Below are positions 54,301 through 64,000 of a stretch of 64,000 nt of DNA, piece by piece (position 1 is the stretch's first letter; every line of letters starts with the position of its first letter). Source of the DNA: a phage. The DNA is taken from sequence record PZ386977.1. One strand, written 5' to 3'. The notes below the pieces were generated by a model that made no database searches, was not told the DNA's origin, and saw nothing but the letters and a program-made list of their open reading frames with translations. The translations under genes were made by a program, and so were the position numbers.

Positions 54301-55216
54301 TGTATTTGAAGTTGGTGATGAAACGTCTAATCATTTTTATTCTCAACGTAATAAAGATGGGAATATAGCGTTTAGCATTAATGGTACTGTAATGCCAATA
54401 AACATTAATGCTTCCGGTTTGATGAATGTTAATGGCGTTGCAACATTTGGTAGTTCAGTTACTGCTAATGGCGAATTTATCAGTAAATCACCAAATGCTT
54501 TTAGAGCAATAAATGGAAATTACGGATTCTTTATTCGTAATGCTGGTAATGACACCTATTTTATGCTCACTGCAGCCGGTGATCAGAGTGGTGGATATAA
54601 TGGATTACGTCCTTTGGCTATTAATAATCAGTCTGGTCAAGTAACGATTGGTGAAAGCTTAATCATTGCCAAAGGTGCTACTATAAATTCAGGTGGTTTA
54701 ACTGTTAACTCGAGAATTCGTTCTCAGGGTATTAAAACAACTGATTTATATACTCGTGCTCCTACCGCCGATACGACCGGATTCTGGTCAATTGATATTA
54801 ACGATTCGGCCACTTATAACCAATTCCCTGGTTATTTTAAAATGGTTGAAAAAACTAATGAAGTGTCTGGACTTCCATACTTAGAACGTGGTGAAGAAGT
54901 TAAATCTCCTGGTACTTTGACTCAATTTGGCAATACTCTTGATTCACTTTACCAAGATTGGATTACTTATCCAACAACTCCAGATGCACGTACCACTCGC
55001 TGGACACGTACATGGCAGAAAACTAAAAATTCTTGGTCAAGTTTTGTTCAAGTATTTGATGGTGGAAACCCTCCTCAACCTTCTGATATTGGCGCTTTAC
55101 CTTCTGATAATGCAACAATCGGAAACTTGACAATACGGGATTTCTTAAGGATTGGTAATGTCCGCGTTATTCCAGACCCTGTGAATAAATCTGTTAAATT
55201 CGAGTGGATTGAATAA
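51341..55216 (+). CDS. 34: long tail fibre proximal subunit (gp34)
   Basis: 1291-aa ORF; internal repeated motif family (R-x-x-L-G-V-I-A-L-A-T-Q-A-Q type). Confidence 0.93.
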   Translation: MADIKRKFRAEDGLDAGGDKIVNVALADRTVGTDGVNVDFLVQENTVQVYDSTRGYNKGFVVLYDNRLYQAINDIVSPSGAFNLLQWRAVRTDAQWITVASGNYQLSSGESISVNTGAGNDMVFTLPNAPVDGDTIVLADIGGRTGAVKVQINASVQSILNFRGEQVRTVLMTRPRSQLVFVFSNRLWQMYIIDYGKESITVTPATPYQAQANDFIVLRFTSAAPIDITLPRNANNGDIISLVDLDKLNPLYHTIIKTFDDTTSIGEVGTHIVEGRTSSDAFFVFDAANSLWRIWEGDQKSRLRIIRTDSNIRPNEEVLIFGTNNATAETINLTLPTGILSGDTVKISMNYMRKGQTVKIKAAEGDTIASSVALLQFPKRSEYPPDAQWVSVTELEFNGTTSYVPVLELAYVEDTDSDTHYWVVQQNVPTVERVDAGTDATRARLGVIALATQAQANADLENTPAKEVAITPETLANRTATEARRGIAKIATTAQVNQNSTATFVDDTIVTPKKLNERTATETRRGLAEIATQAETDAGLDDTTIITPKKLQARQGSETLSGIVKYVSTTSATPAETRGAAGTNVYNKTVNNLTISPKALDQYKATYAQQGAVILAVDSEVIAGQSQSGYSHAVVTPETLHKKTSTDGRIGLIEIATQAETNAGTDYTRAVTPKTLNDRRATEGLSGIAEIATQVEFDTGTDDTRISTPLKIKTHFDSSDRTSVNSDSGLIEEGTLWNHYTLDISKANETQRGTLRVATQAESNAGTLDDVLITPKKLLGTKSTETSEGVIKVATRAETVTGTSANTAVSPKNLKWIVQNEPTWAATTAIRGFVKTSSGSITFVGDDTHGSTQDLNLYEKNSYAISPYELNRVLANYLPLKAKAADASLLDGIDSSQFIRRDIAQTVNGSLTLTKQTNLSAPLVSSSTATFGGSVSANSTLTISNSGTATRLIFEKGPQTGTNPAQTMTIRVWGNQFGGGSDTTRSTVFEVGDETSNHFYSQRNKDGNIAFSINGTVMPININASGLMNVNGVATFGSSVTANGEFISKSPNAFRAINGNYGFFIRNAGNDTYFMLTAAGDQSGGYNGLRPLAINNQSGQVTIGESLIIAKGATINSGGLTVNSRIRSQGIKTTDLYTRAPTADTTGFWSIDINDSATYNQFPGYFKMVEKTNEVSGLPYLERGEEVKSPGTLTQFGNTLDSLYQDWITYPTTPDARTTRWTRTWQKTKNSWSSFVQVFDGGNPPQPSDIGALPSDNATIGNLTIRDFLRIGNVRVIPDPVNKSVKFEWIE

Positions 55217-55224
55217 GAGGTATT

Positions 55225-56352
55225 ATGGAAAAATTTATGGCTAAGTTTGGACAAGGATACGTCCAAACGCCATTTTTATCGGAAAGCAATTCAGTACGAT
55301 TTAAATTAAGCATAGCGGGCTCTTGTCCGCTATCAACATCTCCTGCTTATATTAAGTTCCAGGATAATCCACTTGGGTCCCAGGTTTTTTCCGTTGGATT
55401 AAACGTTCGTGTAATAAATCCTACAACAGGTGCAGTAGTTGAATCTAAGTCATATAATTTCTCTACTGAAAACGACGCCACGTCAAGTGCATTTGTTACT
55501 TTCATGGACACATATGCTTCAAATTTTATATTTGCTCTTGTTACTAATGCTAAAACAAACTTTCCTCCTGAAGTTCTTGCATGGTTTACTAAAGCTGGGA
55601 GTTCTGCTATTCCATTAGCTCAACAAGTTTTAAATATAGTGGACATTTCTTATTCTGCATTTTATATTTCTGGTAAGAATGCTATAGCACTAGAACATAT
55701 TAAGTATAGTAATAAGAAAACTTCAACCGACTATAGTACACCACTTGATGTTGTGTACGACACGATTGATGATATTGGTGCTACTGGCTTCCCTAGTCGT
55801 ACGTACGAATCGACAGACACATTTTTATCTGCTGTTGGAGGTACTAATAATGAAATTAAAAGGATGCCTACAACGTCCATTATTACACCTCTCGCCGGGT
55901 ATAAATTGAAGCCTGGAGATTTCCTTTATATGAAATTCCAACTAATGGCTGATGCCGATTTGTTAGCACAAGGGACGACACGACTTTCTATTCGTTTCTT
56001 TAAATCTCCTTCTACTTCACCTATTTCATTTAAGGATATAAACTTTGATGGGGCTGCAGGTGAATGGAAGATATATGAAGACTACATAGAAATTCCTGCT
56101 GGTGCTGATGGGTTCACGATTTATTGTTATCGTACAGCTCCAGACGGGCAAGGTGGATTAAGAAACGTTATATTCACTGAAGTATCATGTAATGGAAGCG
56201 TTTCAAAACCTGCGGAGTTTGGTATAAATGGTATTCGTGTAAATTATGTTTCAGAATCTTTAAGTGCCCCAGACATAATGACATTACCTACTCAATCTTC
56301 AACTGATACTGGTAAGGTATTTGGACAAGAATTTAAAGAAGCATCAGAATAA
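55225..56352 (+). CDS. 35: long tail fibre hinge connector (gp35)
   Basis: 375-aa ORF between 34 and 36. Confidence 0.88.
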   Translation: MEKFMAKFGQGYVQTPFLSESNSVRFKLSIAGSCPLSTSPAYIKFQDNPLGSQVFSVGLNVRVINPTTGAVVESKSYNFSTENDATSSAFVTFMDTYASNFIFALVTNAKTNFPPEVLAWFTKAGSSAIPLAQQVLNIVDISYSAFYISGKNAIALEHIKYSNKKTSTDYSTPLDVVYDTIDDIGATGFPSRTYESTDTFLSAVGGTNNEIKRMPTTSIITPLAGYKLKPGDFLYMKFQLMADADLLAQGTTRLSIRFFKSPSTSPISFKDINFDGAAGEWKIYEDYIEIPAGADGFTIYCYRTAPDGQGGLRNVIFTEVSCNGSVSKPAEFGINGIRVNYVSESLSAPDIMTLPTQSSTDTGKVFGQEFKEASE

Positions 56353-56357
56353 ATTTA

Positions 56358-56382
56358 GGGAGACTTCGGTCTCCCATTTTTG
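56358..56382 (+). terminator. intrinsic terminator after gene 35 (GGGAGAC-UUCG-GUCUCCC plus U5)
   Basis: hairpin then ATTTTTG. Confidence 0.8.
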
Positions 56383-56390
56383 TATAAATA
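56383..56390 (+). promoter_or_regulatory. late promoter TATAAATA upstream of gene 36
   Basis: TATAAATA immediately after the terminator, RBS AAGGAGA. Confidence 0.65.
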
Positions 56391-56414
56391 TGGTATACAT
56401 ATAAGGAGACAACT

Positions 56415-57074
56415 ATGGCCGATTTAAAAGCTGGTAGTACAACTGGCGGCGCTGTTATATGGCATCAAGGTAATTTCCCTTTAATGCCAGCAGGTGATGA
56501 CGTCCTGTATAAAACGTTTAAACTCTATTCAGAATATAATAAACCACAAGCGGCTGATAACGATTTCGTTTCTAAAGCTAACGGTGGTACTTATTTAAAT
56601 AAGGTAATTTTTAATAAAGGAATGACTGTCCCTGGCGCAGGATCAGGTGACAATGGTATTTTTGCTGGTCCTGGTGATAATGCCACGTATGATACTACAA
56701 ATATGGATATTGTTTCGTGGTACGGTATTGGTTTTAAATCATCACAAGGTTCAGCAGCCCGAACTGTTGTAATTAATACACGTAATGGTGATATTAGCAC
56801 AAAAGGTGTTGTATCAGCATCAGGTCAAGTAAGAAGTGATGCGGCTGCTCCAGTTGCAGTGAATGACCTTACTCGTAAAGATTATGTTGATGGACGAATA
56901 AATATTGTTACGGATAACGCAAATTCCCGTGTATTGCGTAAAGGCGATACCATGACTGGTACTTTAACAGCACCAAACTTTTTCTCACAGAATCCGGCGT
57001 CTGAGGCTAATCATGTTCCTCGTTTCGACCAGATTGTAATTAAAGATTCTGTTCAAGATTTCGGCTATTATTAA
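56415..57074 (+). CDS. 36: long tail fibre distal subunit, small (gp36)
   Basis: 219-aa ORF. Confidence 0.88.
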   Translation: MADLKAGSTTGGAVIWHQGNFPLMPAGDDVLYKTFKLYSEYNKPQAADNDFVSKANGGTYLNKVIFNKGMTVPGAGSGDNGIFAGPGDNATYDTTNMDIVSWYGIGFKSSQGSAARTVVINTRNGDISTKGVVSASGQVRSDAAAPVAVNDLTRKDYVDGRINIVTDNANSRVLRKGDTMTGTLTAPNFFSQNPASEANHVPRFDQIVIKDSVQDFGYY

Positions 57075-57082
57075 GAGGACTT

Positions 57083-60000
57083 ATGGCTACATTAAAACAG
57101 ATACAATTTAAAAGAAGCAAAGTGGCAGGAGTTAATCCTACTGCAGCACAATTAGCCGAAGGCGAATTAGCGATAAACTTAAAAGACCGAACTCTTTTTA
57201 CTAAAGATGACCTCGGTAATATTATTAGCCTAGGCTTTGCTAAGGGCGGGGATATTAATGGTAATGTAACTCAAACCGGCGATTATTTACAAAACGGCAC
57301 ATATAATCTTAATGGAAACCAGTTTGTTTATGCAGGAAAGTATATTGAATTCTTGCCAAAAACTGCTGGAAATGGTGCTTGGGCTAACCAACATTTGAAT
57401 AAAGCCCCTATCTTTACAGATTTAAGTTCAACTACTTCTGTTTCAGAATACCATCCGCTGATTAAACAACGCTATAAAGATGGAACTTTTTCTGCTGGTA
57501 CATTAGTAAACGAAGGTAGTTTTAAATTCCATTATATTGATGAAACCGGGACTTCAAAATACTGGACTTTTAATCGAAACGGTAATTTTCAAGTTGATTC
57601 CGGAAGTTTATTAGTATCTAATGGATATTTAGTTACTCAAAGTAATATTGAAACTAAAGCTGGTTCTTTAATTGGTCCTAAAGTTATTACCAAAAATATC
57701 AATGTGAGCACTAAATCTTGGGACACTAATATTGATACTGCATATGATTTAGTTTCATTACCGACTTGGCACTATATTCCAACCGAAACAGATTTGGATA
57801 CTAATGGTATAAACTACCTTCGTAAATTCCGCGGACATGTTTCTTCTGCTATTTTCCATGAAGTTGCTGATGCTCGTTCAGGTAAACCACAGAATATTTC
57901 GTATTGGACGGGACGTAATGCTGAAGTTTATCAATGGTCTTATACCACAGATGGGCGTATGTCTGTTGCTAATTCGATAGGTATAGGTCTTGCTGATGTT
58001 GGTGACCAAGGACGTTATCCATTGGTTTCGTTTGGTAAAGGTATTGCAATTGGTGACAATGATACTGGTATTAAATGGGTTCGTGACGGCGTTATCGATT
58101 TAGTTGCGAATGGTATTTCTGCCGGCACTATTCGTAATAACGGTATTAACAGTACTAAAAAATTGATGGTTGGTTATAGTCGAGATTCCGGTTCTACTTG
58201 GGATTTCCCAAATAATAACCAAGCAATGTTTACTGCGCGTACCGATGTTGATGGCAATAATAACGGTGATGGTCAGACTCATATCGGTTATAGCAGTAAT
58301 TCTAAAATGTATCACTATTTCCGTGGTACAGGTCGTATGTCTGTTAGCATGGGCGATGGACTTCTTGTTGAGCCTGGCATTTTAGATATTAAAACCGGTT
58401 CAAATTCGTTAAATTTGCGTGCTGATGGTACCATCGCTTCGGTTCAAACGTTAAAACTTAATAATGGATTATATTTTAATGGTGATGGAACTAATGCTTC
58501 TCTAGTTTTTAAAGCAGCTTCAGGTATTGATGGTACTAAGCAAATAATGTGGGAAGGTGGTACTCGTGCTGGGCAGAATAAAAGCTACGTAACTGTTAAA
58601 GCATGGGGTAATTCATTTAACGCATCCGGCGATCGTAATCGTGAAACTGTATTTGAAGTTAGTGACGGGCAAGGATATTATTTTTATTCACAGCGTGTGG
58701 CTCCAAGTGGCTCTGAAACTACTGGGCCTGTTGTAACCCAGTTCAATGGACAAGTTAATGCTAGAGGAAGCTTAATAACCGACGGAAGTCTTAGAGTTAA
58801 CGGATTAAGCACTCTAGTTGGCAACGTTACAATGAATAATGGATTGTTTGTTCAAGGTGGTGCCTCAATTACCGGACAGGTTAAAATTGGTGGAACAGCT
58901 GATGCATTAAGAATTTGGAATGCTGAATACGGGGCTATTTTCCGCCGCTCGGAAGCATCATTATATATTATTCCGACTCCTAAAGATGCTGGTGAAAGCG
59001 GTGGAATAAGTAATCTTAGACCATTGATAATAGAACTGAACACTGGCACAGTTAAAATGTCGCATGATGTTCATTTAGGAGATTCTGGATCTGGTACAGG
59101 ATTATTACAAGTAAGTAATAGTCTTAAAACTATTAAAATGATATGCCCAGTAACTATTAACGAACGTAATGCAGCGCTTACTCTAGATTCTCCTTCATCT
59201 TCTTCTGCTAATTATTTACAGGGTTCTAAAGCTGGAACTAGATCGTGGTATGTTGGTCTCGGTGGCTCTGGAAACGATTTATCACTTTATAGTCAATCTT
59301 ATGGACATGGTATTGTTATAAGCGATAATTTCGTGTCAATTAGTAAACCTCTTAAAGTTGGAAATGCTCAATTAGGTACTGATGGTAACATCACTGGCGG
59401 CACTGGTAATTTTGCTAACTTGAATACCACAATAAATAACCTTAAGACAGATATTGTCTCGAGTTACCCAATTGGTGCTCCGATTCCTTGGCCTACTGAT
59501 ACACCTCCTGAAGGTTATGCCATAATGGAAGGCCAAACATTTGATACTGGCTTGTATCCTAAGTTAGCTGCGGTGTATCCTTCTGGCGCTCTGCCTGATA
59601 TGCGTGGTCAAACTATCAAGGGTAAACCATCTGGGCGCGCTGTATTAAGTACAGAAGCAGACGGTGTTAAGTCACATAGCCATAGTGCAAGTGCATCAAG
59701 CACAGATTTGGGTACTAAGACCACTTCTAGTTTTGATTACGGTAGCAAAACGACTTCAAGCTTTGATTATGGTACTAAGACCAGTAATACCACTGGCAAC
59801 CATAACCATACGGTAAGTGGTAATACTAGTTCCGCTGGTGCGCACCAACACGCGCGTTCAGGTCCTCAGGTACAAGGCGGCATACCCACTAGCGTATTCT
59901 ATGATGGATACAATAGTGCGGGTCCAAACGGCAACGCTAAATTCACTGCAACCGTGAGTGGTGCTACTGCATCGTCGAATATGGCCAAAACTTCTTCAGA

Positions 60001-60220
60001 CGGTGCCCACACCCATAGTTGGTCAGGAACCACTAGCGCTACTGGTAACCATGCTCATACTGTGGGTATTGGTGCTCATACCCATTCGGTAGGTATTGGT
60101 GCTCATTCTCATACTGTTGCAATTGGTTCCCATGGACATACAATAACTGTAAATGCCACAGGAAATACAGAAAACACAGTTAAAAACGTTGCTTTTAACT
60201 ATATCGTTCGTTTAGCATAA
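57083..60220 (+). CDS. 37: long tail fibre distal subunit / receptor-binding fibre (gp37)
   Basis: 1045-aa ORF; C-terminal needle with repeated H-x-H boxes ([25 protein letters not shown]). Confidence 0.93.
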   Translation: MATLKQIQFKRSKVAGVNPTAAQLAEGELAINLKDRTLFTKDDLGNIISLGFAKGGDINGNVTQTGDYLQNGTYNLNGNQFVYAGKYIEFLPKTAGNGAWANQHLNKAPIFTDLSSTTSVSEYHPLIKQRYKDGTFSAGTLVNEGSFKFHYIDETGTSKYWTFNRNGNFQVDSGSLLVSNGYLVTQSNIETKAGSLIGPKVITKNINVSTKSWDTNIDTAYDLVSLPTWHYIPTETDLDTNGINYLRKFRGHVSSAIFHEVADARSGKPQNISYWTGRNAEVYQWSYTTDGRMSVANSIGIGLADVGDQGRYPLVSFGKGIAIGDNDTGIKWVRDGVIDLVANGISAGTIRNNGINSTKKLMVGYSRDSGSTWDFPNNNQAMFTARTDVDGNNNGDGQTHIGYSSNSKMYHYFRGTGRMSVSMGDGLLVEPGILDIKTGSNSLNLRADGTIASVQTLKLNNGLYFNGDGTNASLVFKAASGIDGTKQIMWEGGTRAGQNKSYVTVKAWGNSFNASGDRNRETVFEVSDGQGYYFYSQRVAPSGSETTGPVVTQFNGQVNARGSLITDGSLRVNGLSTLVGNVTMNNGLFVQGGASITGQVKIGGTADALRIWNAEYGAIFRRSEASLYIIPTPKDAGESGGISNLRPLIIELNTGTVKMSHDVHLGDSGSGTGLLQVSNSLKTIKMICPVTINERNAALTLDSPSSSSANYLQGSKAGTRSWYVGLGGSGNDLSLYSQSYGHGIVISDNFVSISKPLKVGNAQLGTDGNITGGTGNFANLNTTINNLKTDIVSSYPIGAPIPWPTDTPPEGYAIMEGQTFDTGLYPKLAAVYPSGALPDMRGQTIKGKPSGRAVLSTEADGVKSHSHSASASSTDLGTKTTSSFDYGSKTTSSFDYGTKTSNTTGNHNHTVSGNTSSAGAHQHARSGPQVQGGIPTSVFYDGYNSAGPNGNAKFTATVSGATASSNMAKTSSDGAHTHSWSGTTSATGNHAHTVGIGAHTHSVGIGAHSHTVAIGSHGHTITVNATGNTENTVKNVAFNYIVRLA
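59711..59770 (+). repeat. tandem 30-nt direct repeat inside gene 37 encoding G-[TS]-K-T-T-S-S-F-D-Y twice
   Basis: ggtactaagaccacttctagttttgattac / ggtagcaaaacgacttcaagctttgattat, differing mainly at synonymous positions. Confidence 0.8.
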
Positions 60221-60226
60221 GGAGAA

Positions 60227-60245
60227 GGGACTTCGGTCCCTTTTT
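60227..60245 (+). terminator. intrinsic terminator after gene 37 (GGGAC-UUCG-GUCCC plus U5)
   Basis: hairpin followed by TTTTT. Confidence 0.8.
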
Positions 60246-60250
60246 ATAAT

Positions 60251-60802
60251 ATGAAACTCTATCACTATTATTTTGACACTAAAGAATTTTACAAAGAAGA
60301 AAATTATAAACCATTAAAAGGCGTAGGATTTCCGGCTCATTCGACACCAAAAAAACCTTTAGACCCTAAAGAAGGCTATGCTGTTATATTTGACGAACGC
60401 GAGCAAGAATGGGTATATGTTGAAGACCATCGAGGAAAAACAGTATGGACATATGATAAGCAAAAAATTGTTATTGACACTCCAGGTGCTCTTAAAAATG
60501 TTACTACAGAAGAACCTGGTGAATTTGACCTTTGGACCGACGACGGGTGGAAGGAAGATGAAGCATATAAACGCGTAGTTCAACGTGATAAGAAAATTCA
60601 TGAACTCTATAAATTATTCAGTGTTTTAAGTTCTCTTATTGACGCAGAGGTTGCTAATAGAGAAGAAAAACGAAAATTTAAAGAGCTCAAAAAATTCTTT
60701 GCCCTTTTAGAAAAACATGAACATCTTGGCGGCGAATTCCCTAAATTCCCTGACCTTGAAAACAAATCTATTATCAAAGCGATTATAAATATCTTTAAGT
60801 AA
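60251..60802 (+). CDS. 38: tail fibre assembly chaperone gp38 (T4 type)
   Basis: 183-aa ORF, no glycine-rich hypervariable adhesin segments; follows gene 37. Confidence 0.85.
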   Translation: MKLYHYYFDTKEFYKEENYKPLKGVGFPAHSTPKKPLDPKEGYAVIFDEREQEWVYVEDHRGKTVWTYDKQKIVIDTPGALKNVTTEEPGEFDLWTDDGWKEDEAYKRVVQRDKKIHELYKLFSVLSSLIDAEVANREEKRKFKELKKFFALLEKHEHLGGEFPKFPDLENKSIIKAIINIFK

Positions 60803-60811
60803 GGAGGTATT

Positions 60812-61471
60812 ATGGCAACACCAAAAGTATCATTTTCGCCTAGTGATATTCTATTTGGGTTGCTAGATCGTATTTTCAAAGATAACGCTACTGGAAAGGT
60901 TTTAATGTCCCGAGTAGCGGTAATTATTCTTTTGTTCCTAATGGCACTAATATGGTACAAAGGAAGTATTTTGCTGGATTATTATGTAAGAGCTAAGTAT
61001 GATACTTATACTGAAATAATCCAAAAAGAACGAGCTTTACGTTTTGAATCTGCGGCTCTAGAACAACTGCAAATAGTTCATATCTCATCTGGTGCAGATT
61101 TTAGTGCTGTGTATTCTTTCAGACCTAAAAACTTAAATTATTTCGTCGACCTTATAGCTTATGAAGGCAAACTGCCTAGCACAATTTCTGAAAAGTCCCT
61201 TGGGGGATTCCCAGTAGATAAAACGGCCAATGAATATATAATTCATTTAAGTGGCCGTCATTTCTCGTCTAAATCAGAATTTGCATTTTTGCCTACAAAA
61301 TCTAAGACTGCCGAACTTTCTTATATGTATAGTTGTCCATACTTTAATTTGGATAACATCTACGCTGGAACTGTGACGATGTATTGGTATAAGGGGAGTA
61401 ATATACTTGAGGAAGATCGCTTAGCAGCTATATGCAACCAAGCGGTCCGAATACTAGGAAGGGCTAAATAA
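60812..61471 (+). CDS. t: holin T
   Basis: 219-aa ORF with single N-terminal transmembrane segment (VAVIILLFLMALIWY) and large C-terminal domain; follows gene 38 as in T4. Confidence 0.88.
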   Translation: MATPKVSFSPSDILFGLLDRIFKDNATGKVLMSRVAVIILLFLMALIWYKGSILLDYYVRAKYDTYTEIIQKERALRFESAALEQLQIVHISSGADFSAVYSFRPKNLNYFVDLIAYEGKLPSTISEKSLGGFPVDKTANEYIIHLSGRHFSSKSEFAFLPTKSKTAELSYMYSCPYFNLDNIYAGTVTMYWYKGSNILEEDRLAAICNQAVRILGRAK

Positions 61472-61744
61472 TTAGTTGTTAGAATACATCGCTAAATGAC
61501 GATAAATATTTTCAAAACCTTCATTGAATTCACTAATCAGTGTTTTCTTTTCTTCGGCAGTTAAATTTGTAATTAGTTTTCTAAAAGAATTCTGATTTAG
61601 CTGCCGACCATCTTTTTTAATTCCAATCTCATTCAAGAAACCGATAAAACTTGCTCGGTCTTCAACAATATCTTCCCTAGAGAATTTAATCAAAATAGAA
61701 GCAATAGTAATAATTTCGCGTACGATTTCAATGTCTTTATTCAT
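61472..61744 (-). CDS. asiA: AsiA anti-sigma-70 factor
   Basis: 90-aa ORF, exact T4 AsiA size, convergent with t. Confidence 0.85.
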   Translation of the reverse strand: MNKDIEIVREIITIASILIKFSREDIVEDRASFIGFLNEIGIKKDGRQLNQNSFRKLITNLTAEEKKTLISEFNEGFENIYRHLAMYSNN

Positions 61745-61790
61745 AACGTTTTATTCATTCCACTTAGTTGATATGGATATAGTACCATTA

Positions 61791-61952
61791 TCAGTGTTGA
61801 TTGTAAACGGCTTTTTCTACGCTTTTAACGTAATCAATGTAGTCTTCCTGTTCATACGAGTGTAAGGCCAAGAATGGAACTAATAGTTCATTATAGACTA
61901 AAGCCTCACGCTCACGTTCGGCCTCTACTACGTTCTGAAGATTATGACTCAT
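61791..61952 (-). CDS. hypothetical small protein (about 53 aa)
   Basis: start set at Met MSHNLQ with RBS AAGGAA; the longer track ORF overlaps arn by 65 nt. Confidence 0.35.
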   Translation of the reverse strand: MSHNLQNVVEAEREREALVYNELLVPFLALHSYEQEDYIDYVKSVEKAVYNQH

Positions 61953-62241
61953 ATTGTTCCTTATAACTATCAATGTAGTCCTGTATGTCGAAGAATGACA
62001 TTTCATATTCTAGGACATTAAGAGCCCGTTCTTCAGTATAGTCAGAACCAAAGACGATAGTGATTTCACCAGGCTTCATATGATTGAAATCGACACTAAA
62101 AGGAATACGAGAACATACTTCGTCTGCCATATCTACGATAACACTACGACACACTTCTCGGTTAACCTGATAAAGCTCTGCAAGTTCTTCACATCGAATA
62201 ACAAGTTCAGTGGCAGGATTTTCTTTGATTTTAGTAAACAT
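61942..62241 (-). CDS. arn: Arn-like protein (anti-restriction, McrBC inhibitor in T4)
   Basis: 99-aa acidic ORF at the T4 arn position between asiA and motA; assignment positional. Confidence 0.6.
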   Translation of the reverse strand: MFTKIKENPATELVIRCEELAELYQVNREVCRSVIVDMADEVCSRIPFSVDFNHMKPGEITIVFGSDYTEERALNVLEYEMSFFDIQDYIDSYKEQYES

Positions 62242-62315
62242 AGTCTTTACCCTTATGTTTTTGTTTACGCTTAGATTGAAGTTCTGATTTCTTCTTGTCC
62301 TTATGAACAGAAGCC

Positions 62316-62543
62316 TTATTGAAATCGTGTTTTGCTACAAGATTGTTCATAATGATTTATAACCTCGTTTAAACATTTGTCTGTGAAAGAAAACTTTTTA
62401 GCCACAGAACATTCAATAATATGCTCTTTCAAATCTTTAGGGTCGGTATAACCCATCTCAGTAATAAAGTGGCGAATTAAAGCTTTATTCTTATCATTAA
62501 CAGAATTAAAATAATCTGCTTTAGAATCAATTATTCTCATCAT
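62316..62543 (-). CDS. hypothetical protein (75 aa)
   Basis: ORF in arn-motA early cluster. Confidence 0.5.
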   Translation of the reverse strand: MMRIIDSKADYFNSVNDKNKALIRHFITEMGYTDPKDLKEHIIECSVAKKFSFTDKCLNEVINHYEQSCSKTRFQ

Positions 62544-62808
62544 CTAATTTCCTTAATTGATATTGCAACGAGCTAATAATTTCTTCGTTCATTTTAATAT
62601 ACATGTCGCGCAAGAAAGGTTTTAACCCATCACGAATAATTGCTAACGTATCACCTTTACATAAATTAACCAAATAAGGATGATCTAAAGCATCCCAACC
62701 AGGCTGATTAGCATACATACCATAATTTTCTTCCATCATAGCATTCAGGCGTTTGATATGATTAATGTGGGCTTCAATAGCATCAATCTGGAGTTGTTTA
62801 AGATTCAT
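62527..62808 (-). CDS. hypothetical protein (93 aa)
   Basis: ORF in arn-motA early cluster. Confidence 0.5.
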   Translation of the reverse strand: MNLKQLQIDAIEAHINHIKRLNAMMEENYGMYANQPGWDALDHPYLVNLCKGDTLAIIRDGLKPFLRDMYIKMNEEIISSLQYQLRKLDDENN

Positions 62809-63269
62809 TAGTAAAGGTCCTCAGAGTAAAGTTCTTTTTCATTACCACCACGTTCAATACGTACTTGTCCAGCGTAAGTTGCAATAATCATTGCTTCTTC
62901 ACGTGTCCAATAATTACTATATTGGTCAATAAACCCTTGGTCATCATCACAAACTTGTTGAGTAACTAATTGAGGTTTAACTACATCTAAAACTTCTGCC
63001 ATATCTTTAGAATAATGACGAGCACCTGGAATAATAAGAGTTCGTCCATCTTTTAATTTAAAACGGTTGGCTGCGCAGACAATTCGTCGTTGATACTTTT
63101 GGTTTTCATCCCAATACAGAGTCTGCCAACAGATTTCAGGAACTTCGTCTAAAACATTTTGTTCTGTATATTCACCACCGTAAGAAGCTAATTTAGCAGC
63201 CAGACTTTCCGGAGTCTCACGCGACAAAGCTTTATCTAACAGAGCTAAACGTTCTTTAAAAGTTTTCAT
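62808..63269 (-). CDS. hypothetical protein (153 aa)
   Basis: ORF coupled on both sides (ATGA overlaps). Confidence 0.55.
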   Translation of the reverse strand: MKTFKERLALLDKALSRETPESLAAKLASYGGEYTEQNVLDEVPEICWQTLYWDENQKYQRRIVCAANRFKLKDGRTLIIPGARHYSKDMAEVLDVVKPQLVTQQVCDDDQGFIDQYSNYWTREEAMIIATYAGQVRIERGGNEKELYSEDLY

Positions 63270-63595
63270 TTAAACCATTCCTTAACACGTTGCCAAATAG
63301 ATTTTTGTGATTGTTTATTTACACCAATCGAACGAATAACCGGTTGTGACTGCTGATATTCTTTATAATCTTCTTTATAGATTTCGTAAGCTGCATCAAC
63401 AAATGAACTGATCGCTGCCATAAAGTTTTTACGAAGGCCAAATGGCGCGTCATTATTTTCACGAATAACCGTATATTGGCCTGCTTTAATCTTTACAATT
63501 GTCCCTAAATAAGCCCCGTGATACCAAATATCCCATCCTTCCTGAGTAGGTTCTGCACATTTACGAAGTTCGTTAATAATATTCAGCTTATTCAT
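63266..63595 (-). CDS. hypothetical protein (109 aa)
   Basis: ORF coupled to the 153-aa gene. Confidence 0.55.
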   Translation of the reverse strand: MNKLNIINELRKCAEPTQEGWDIWYHGAYLGTIVKIKAGQYTVIRENNDAPFGLRKNFMAAISSFVDAAYEIYKEDYKEYQQSQPVIRSIGVNKQSQKSIWQRVKEWFK

Positions 63596-63605
63596 TATGT
63601 ATTCC

Positions 63606-64000
63606 TCACAGTACGTTAGTTACAAGTGTAATGATTTCTTTGGACACATTAGGGAAGTCAATATAAGTATATTTACCACCGATCTTAATCTTAACATCAT
63701 TTTCAAGAGAAGTAAACAGCTTTGATTCAGTTTCTGACATGTTGTATGCAAAGATTCTAAGAGCGCCATCTCGTCGAATTTCAATTTGGCGAATGCCTAG
63801 AACTCGTTTAGCGAATCGAACTTCTAAGTTACTACGGTTTTCACCAATTTCTTTAACTTCAACTTTATCTTTAATATTTTCAAAAACAAAGTTTGCTAAT
63901 TCATGCATTTCAGGAGTAACTCCACGTGCTTTTCTGGTGTTACGTTTCTGAAGAAGTTCTGGAGCATTTTCTTGGGCAAAGAGGTCTGCAGCTTTTTGGA
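63606..64000 (-). CDS. motA: MotA middle-transcription activator, 3' part (5' end lies beyond the window)
   Basis: reading frame is open to the window edge; translation ...LFAQENAPELLQKRNTRKARG... continues into the 100-aa track ORF; T4 position after arn cluster. Confidence 0.7.
   Translation of the reverse strand, partial: QKAADLFAQENAPELLQKRNTRKARGVTPEMHELANFVFENIKDKVEVKEIGENRSNLEVRFAKRVLGIRQIEIRRDGALRIFAYNMSETESKLFTSLENDVKIKIGGKYTYIDFPNVSKEIITLVTNVL

Noticed and set aside
63903-64000. Alternative-frame partial ORF ending ...ELLLKCMN at the window edge
   Set aside because: The MotA-like frame that reads continuously into the 63606..63908 ORF explains this region better.

Overview
This window is a contiguous segment of a T4-like myovirus genome (Tevenvirinae), running in T4 gene order from gene 17 (terminase large subunit) to the 3' part of motA. 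Assignments rest on ORF order, ORF lengths and catalytic motifs read directly from the translations; no database search was possible. The plus strand carries late structural and morphogenesis genes (17, 18, 19, 20, 67, 68, 21, 22, 23, 24; 51, 27, 28, 29, 48, 54; 34, 35, 36, 37, 38, t), each preceded by a TATAAATA late promoter. The minus strand carries early and middle genes for DNA metabolism and host takeover (rnlB, hoc, inh, uvsY, 25, 26, alt, DNA ligase 30, rIII, 31, cd, pseT, spanins, alc, rnlA, denA, nrdB, nrdA, td, frd, 32, 59, 33, dsbA, rnh, asiA, arn, motA), driven by GTTTAC-N17-TACTATA-type early promoters and closed by G-rich UUCG-tetraloop terminators. I found no tRNA, rRNA, CRISPR array, integrase or transposase. 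The most unusual item is an intact host-type class I DAHP synthase gene (35391..36383) translationally coupled to dCMP deaminase, in the interval where T4 carries small cd.x ORFs. Other points worth a second look are a 59-aa basic ORF missing from the ORF track, flanked by the window's longest non-coding island (33245..33748); an antisense accessory gene in the 23-24 junction; a Hoc protein with an extra Ig-like domain; several cassettes of small early ORFs of unknown function; and the T4-type gp37 His-box tip with a tandem 30-nt repeat. I did not find a clearly new multi-gene system; the candidates above are single genes or small cassettes that need database and structural checks.
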